Assembly: GCF_006345805.1 (NCBI RefSeq)
Contig: NW_021824411.1
Location: 1-21,113 of the forward strand
DNA from: Octopus sinensis
Lineage: Eukaryota
Direction: 5' to 3'
DNA length: 21,113 nucleotides
Notes under the pieces: generated by a model
Seen by the model: the letters and a program-made list of their open reading frames with translations, nothing else
The model's database searches: none
What the model was told of the DNA's origin: nothing
Program-made: the position numbers and the translations under genes
In this document: piece by piece, positions 20,825 through 21,113 of the stretch
Numbering within the stretch: the stretch's first letter is position 1
Layout: every line of letters starts with the position of its first letter

Positions 20825-21066
20825 GTGGAGGCGAAATGACCCACTGATTATGGCCGCAGACTCGCGGTCGTTGGATCGTGGTTTCGGGCGGTGTGTGTGT
20901 TTGCTGAGCGAAAACACCTAAGGCCCCACGAAACTCCGGCAGGAGGTGGTGGCCATCCCTGCTGTACTCATTTGCCGCAACCTTCTCTCAATCTTTCTTC
21001 TGTTGGCCCGCTCACTTAGCCAGCGGGGTGGCGTCATTTGAAGGTTAAAACAATGCGAACGCATTG
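20825..21066 (+). mobile_element. tRNA-derived SINE (copy D), diverged; same head as A and C, different 3' part
   Basis: GTGGAGGCG...GACTCGCGGTC...GAGCGAAAACACCTAAG...CTCCGGCAGG...ATCCCTGCTGTACT matches the reverse complement of 12400-12554. The 3' part (CTTAGCCAGCGGGGTGGCGTCATTTGAAGG) is unrelated to A or C. The 3' end is approximate. Confidence 0.85.
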
Positions 21067-21113
21067 CCGAAATTGTCGAAATGCAAGAAAATTAACAAGA
21101 AATATCTTACAAC

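Overview
AT-rich eukaryotic genomic DNA dominated by microsatellites ((AT)n, (GAA)n, (CAT/GAT)n, (ATT/TAA)n) and interspersed repeats. The repeat landscape resembles octopod cephalopod DNA, but that is inference from recalled repeat families, not a database match. I found no intact protein-coding gene, and the long ORFs in the track are low-complexity artefacts. Supportable content: (1) a 14-copy GAA-spaced minisatellite with higher-order alternation (1-2170); (2) a decayed gag/ORF1-like coding region with a CCHC zinc knuckle and no ORF2 (3123-4260); (3) a complete but dead 1250-bp Tc1/mariner element, probably DD37D/maT type, with 26-bp TIRs and TA flanks (9919-11168); (4) a non-autonomous Helitron 58 bp away in the same (AT)n tract (11227-11614); (5) several tRNA-derived SINEs, three with clear TSDs, that mix shared 5' and 3' modules, one with an internally duplicated body; (6) a direct-plus-foldback repeat cluster (14948-15569); (7) a hairpin cluster with degenerate hammerhead-like topology (5012-5070). 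I see no solid evidence for a wholly new biological system; the best leads are the SINE mosaics, the splice acceptor in the transposon and the hammerhead-like junction.
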